Shown: positions 63,510 through 64,000 of the stretch, in pieces
Numbering within the stretch: the first letter of the stretch is position 1
Layout of the letters: each line of letters starts with the position of its first letter
Assembly: GCA_012295275.1 (NCBI GenBank)
Contig: CM022679.1
Span: 31,310,001 to 31,374,000, forward strand
From: Chrysomallon squamiferum
Taxonomy: Eukaryota > Animalia > Mollusca
Direction: 5' to 3'
Length of the DNA: 64,000 nt
Notes under the pieces: generated by a model
Told to the model about the DNA's origin: nothing
What the model saw: only the letters and a program-made list of their open reading frames with translations
The model's database searches: none
Program-made: the position numbers and the translations under genes

Positions 63510-64000
63510 TACTAAAAACAAAAATGTCAGTTGCAGATGCATAGCTGAGGTCAAGCTGATGATAACAAAAAACATTTAAGTGTTTATTTGATGTACCAGA
63601 TAAAAAAAAAAAAAAAAAAAAATTCTACACAGATTACTTATTATTATCATCATCACCATCTTTTTATTATCACCATTACTGTCATTATTATCATCATCAT
63701 CATCATCATTATTATAAAAATAAAATAAATTATTTTATATATTCCATCATAAGTTTCAGCAGAATTTGCATCATTGGGAGTGATATTTTTAGGAAAATAA
63801 AGCTTCAGTGACAACTGCAAAATACCATATAAAACATTCTATCTGTGCATGATACAGTCAACCAGAAAGAGAAATGATAAAAAAAAAAAAAAAAAAAAAA
63901 AAAAATAGCAATGAATATATAAAATATGAATGCTTTGTTTAAAAAAAAAAAAATCAAATAATAAAATCACTCTTTATGTGTATCTATATAAGTAATAATA

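Overview
AT-rich, microsatellite-dense eukaryotic (animal, probably invertebrate) genomic DNA. The repeat profile is compatible with a mollusc such as a cephalopod, but the taxon cannot be fixed from sequence alone. Nearly all listed ORFs are translated simple repeats. The only clear protein-coding content is a head-to-tail tandem array (~27.3-49.25 kb, ~5 kb unit, minus strand) of four genes with five coding exons each. Read across GT-AG splice sites, they encode a ~305-aa secreted protein: signal peptide + PAN/Apple-like domain + a divergent fibrinogen-related domain (FReD/FBG). Copies 1, 2 and 4 are intact. Copy 3 is almost identical to copy 2 but has two +1 homopolymer frameshifts (pseudogene or assembly error). 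The copies are mosaics of each other and differ at the putative ligand-binding loop. Also present: a decayed Tc1/mariner element with TIRs, a 20-21-bp minisatellite expanded behind one gene copy, a foldback/MULE-like MITE, a pogo/Tigger-like MITE, a large inverted duplication, a small highly structured element before a T-run, and CpG-rich non-coding blocks. No prokaryotic features, CRISPR arrays, rRNA or canonical tRNA were found.
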